64,000 bases of DNA. Source: Squalus acanthias (lineage: Eukaryota). A program made the position numbers and the translations under genes. Of the stretch, positions 63,362 to 64,000 are shown piece by piece (the first letter of the stretch is position 1; each line of letters opens with the position of its first letter). Under the pieces are notes generated by a model. It saw nothing but the letters and a program-made list of their open reading frames with translations, ran no database searches and was not told where the DNA came from. The stretch covers positions 105,588,001-105,652,000 of the forward strand of contig CM059432.1 in the NCBI GenBank assembly GCA_030390025.1, in the 5' to 3' direction.

Positions 63362-64000
63362 GTACTGAGGATATATTTCAGACAAACAATACTTAATGCA
63401 TCACTAAAACATTTTTGTTGTTACAGTAATGCATTTATTGAACTGATTTATCTGTGGTTATTAGAGATAGTGTAATCCCACTCTGCTTTCATGCAACTAA
63501 CCCCCCAACTAACTCCCCAACCTACCCTCACCCACTGGATCATGAGGCATTGGTAGAAGCCTGGAATCAGGGTAGCTACTCACCCTCTCATTCAGTTTTA
63601 ATGCATGGCATGAGGGGACCTAAAGAGAGGGAAGAGAGATAAGTTAAAAATGGAATAAGAAAATAATTACTAGAAAAGAGAAAAATAATTTTGGCATGTA
63701 TTGCAGGACAGAAAATGTGCACATTTTGAAACTAAAAAGCATCTTGTCAAAAGATTTGTTTTCCCGATTATACTTATGGAGCGCACCCACAGATTTGACC
63801 CACCCTTCTCAGAATTGGGTAGCTAGGCCTAAGCACTGGAATTGCTGTGCTCCTAGTTCTGCGATCCTGAAATCTATCAGTTGTTAGGAGGCCATGCAGA
63901 AAGCATGCATGGGTATCATAATATTCCCCATATTTCATTCAAATTAAATTTGAATAGTGCCCAGACGTCCAGCCAGAAGCAGCACACTGCTCAGCCAATA

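Overview
Vertebrate genomic DNA, most consistent with a cartilaginous fish: a TNFRSF11B-COLEC10 gene pair plus a repeat set resembling shark CR1/L2/RTE/Penelope LINEs, SINEs and Harbinger DNA transposons. The species cannot be determined from the sequence. There are two divergently oriented host genes. TNFRSF11B/osteoprotegerin-like lies on the minus strand (coding exons 1-3 at 19637-19666, 4640-5042 and 927-1142; later exons lie left of the window). The first coding exon of COLEC10 lies on the plus strand (63232-63361). Most of the ~43.5 kb between them and of the introns is transposon-derived: a near full-length CR1 LINE, a complete TIR/TSD-bounded two-gene Harbinger, a chimeric Harbinger, several non-autonomous Harbinger derivatives/MITEs, Penelope elements with hammerhead-ribozyme cores, and L2, RTE and SINE copies, often nested. 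The most notable signal is at the CR1 ORF1/ORF2 junction. A canonical T_TTA_AAC slippery heptamer sits directly before the ORF1 stop, and ORF2 is in the -1 frame with no ATG until after its endonuclease domain, which suggests programmed -1 ribosomal frameshifting. Most short ORFs in the supplied track are spurious. All calls were made by eye, without database searches.
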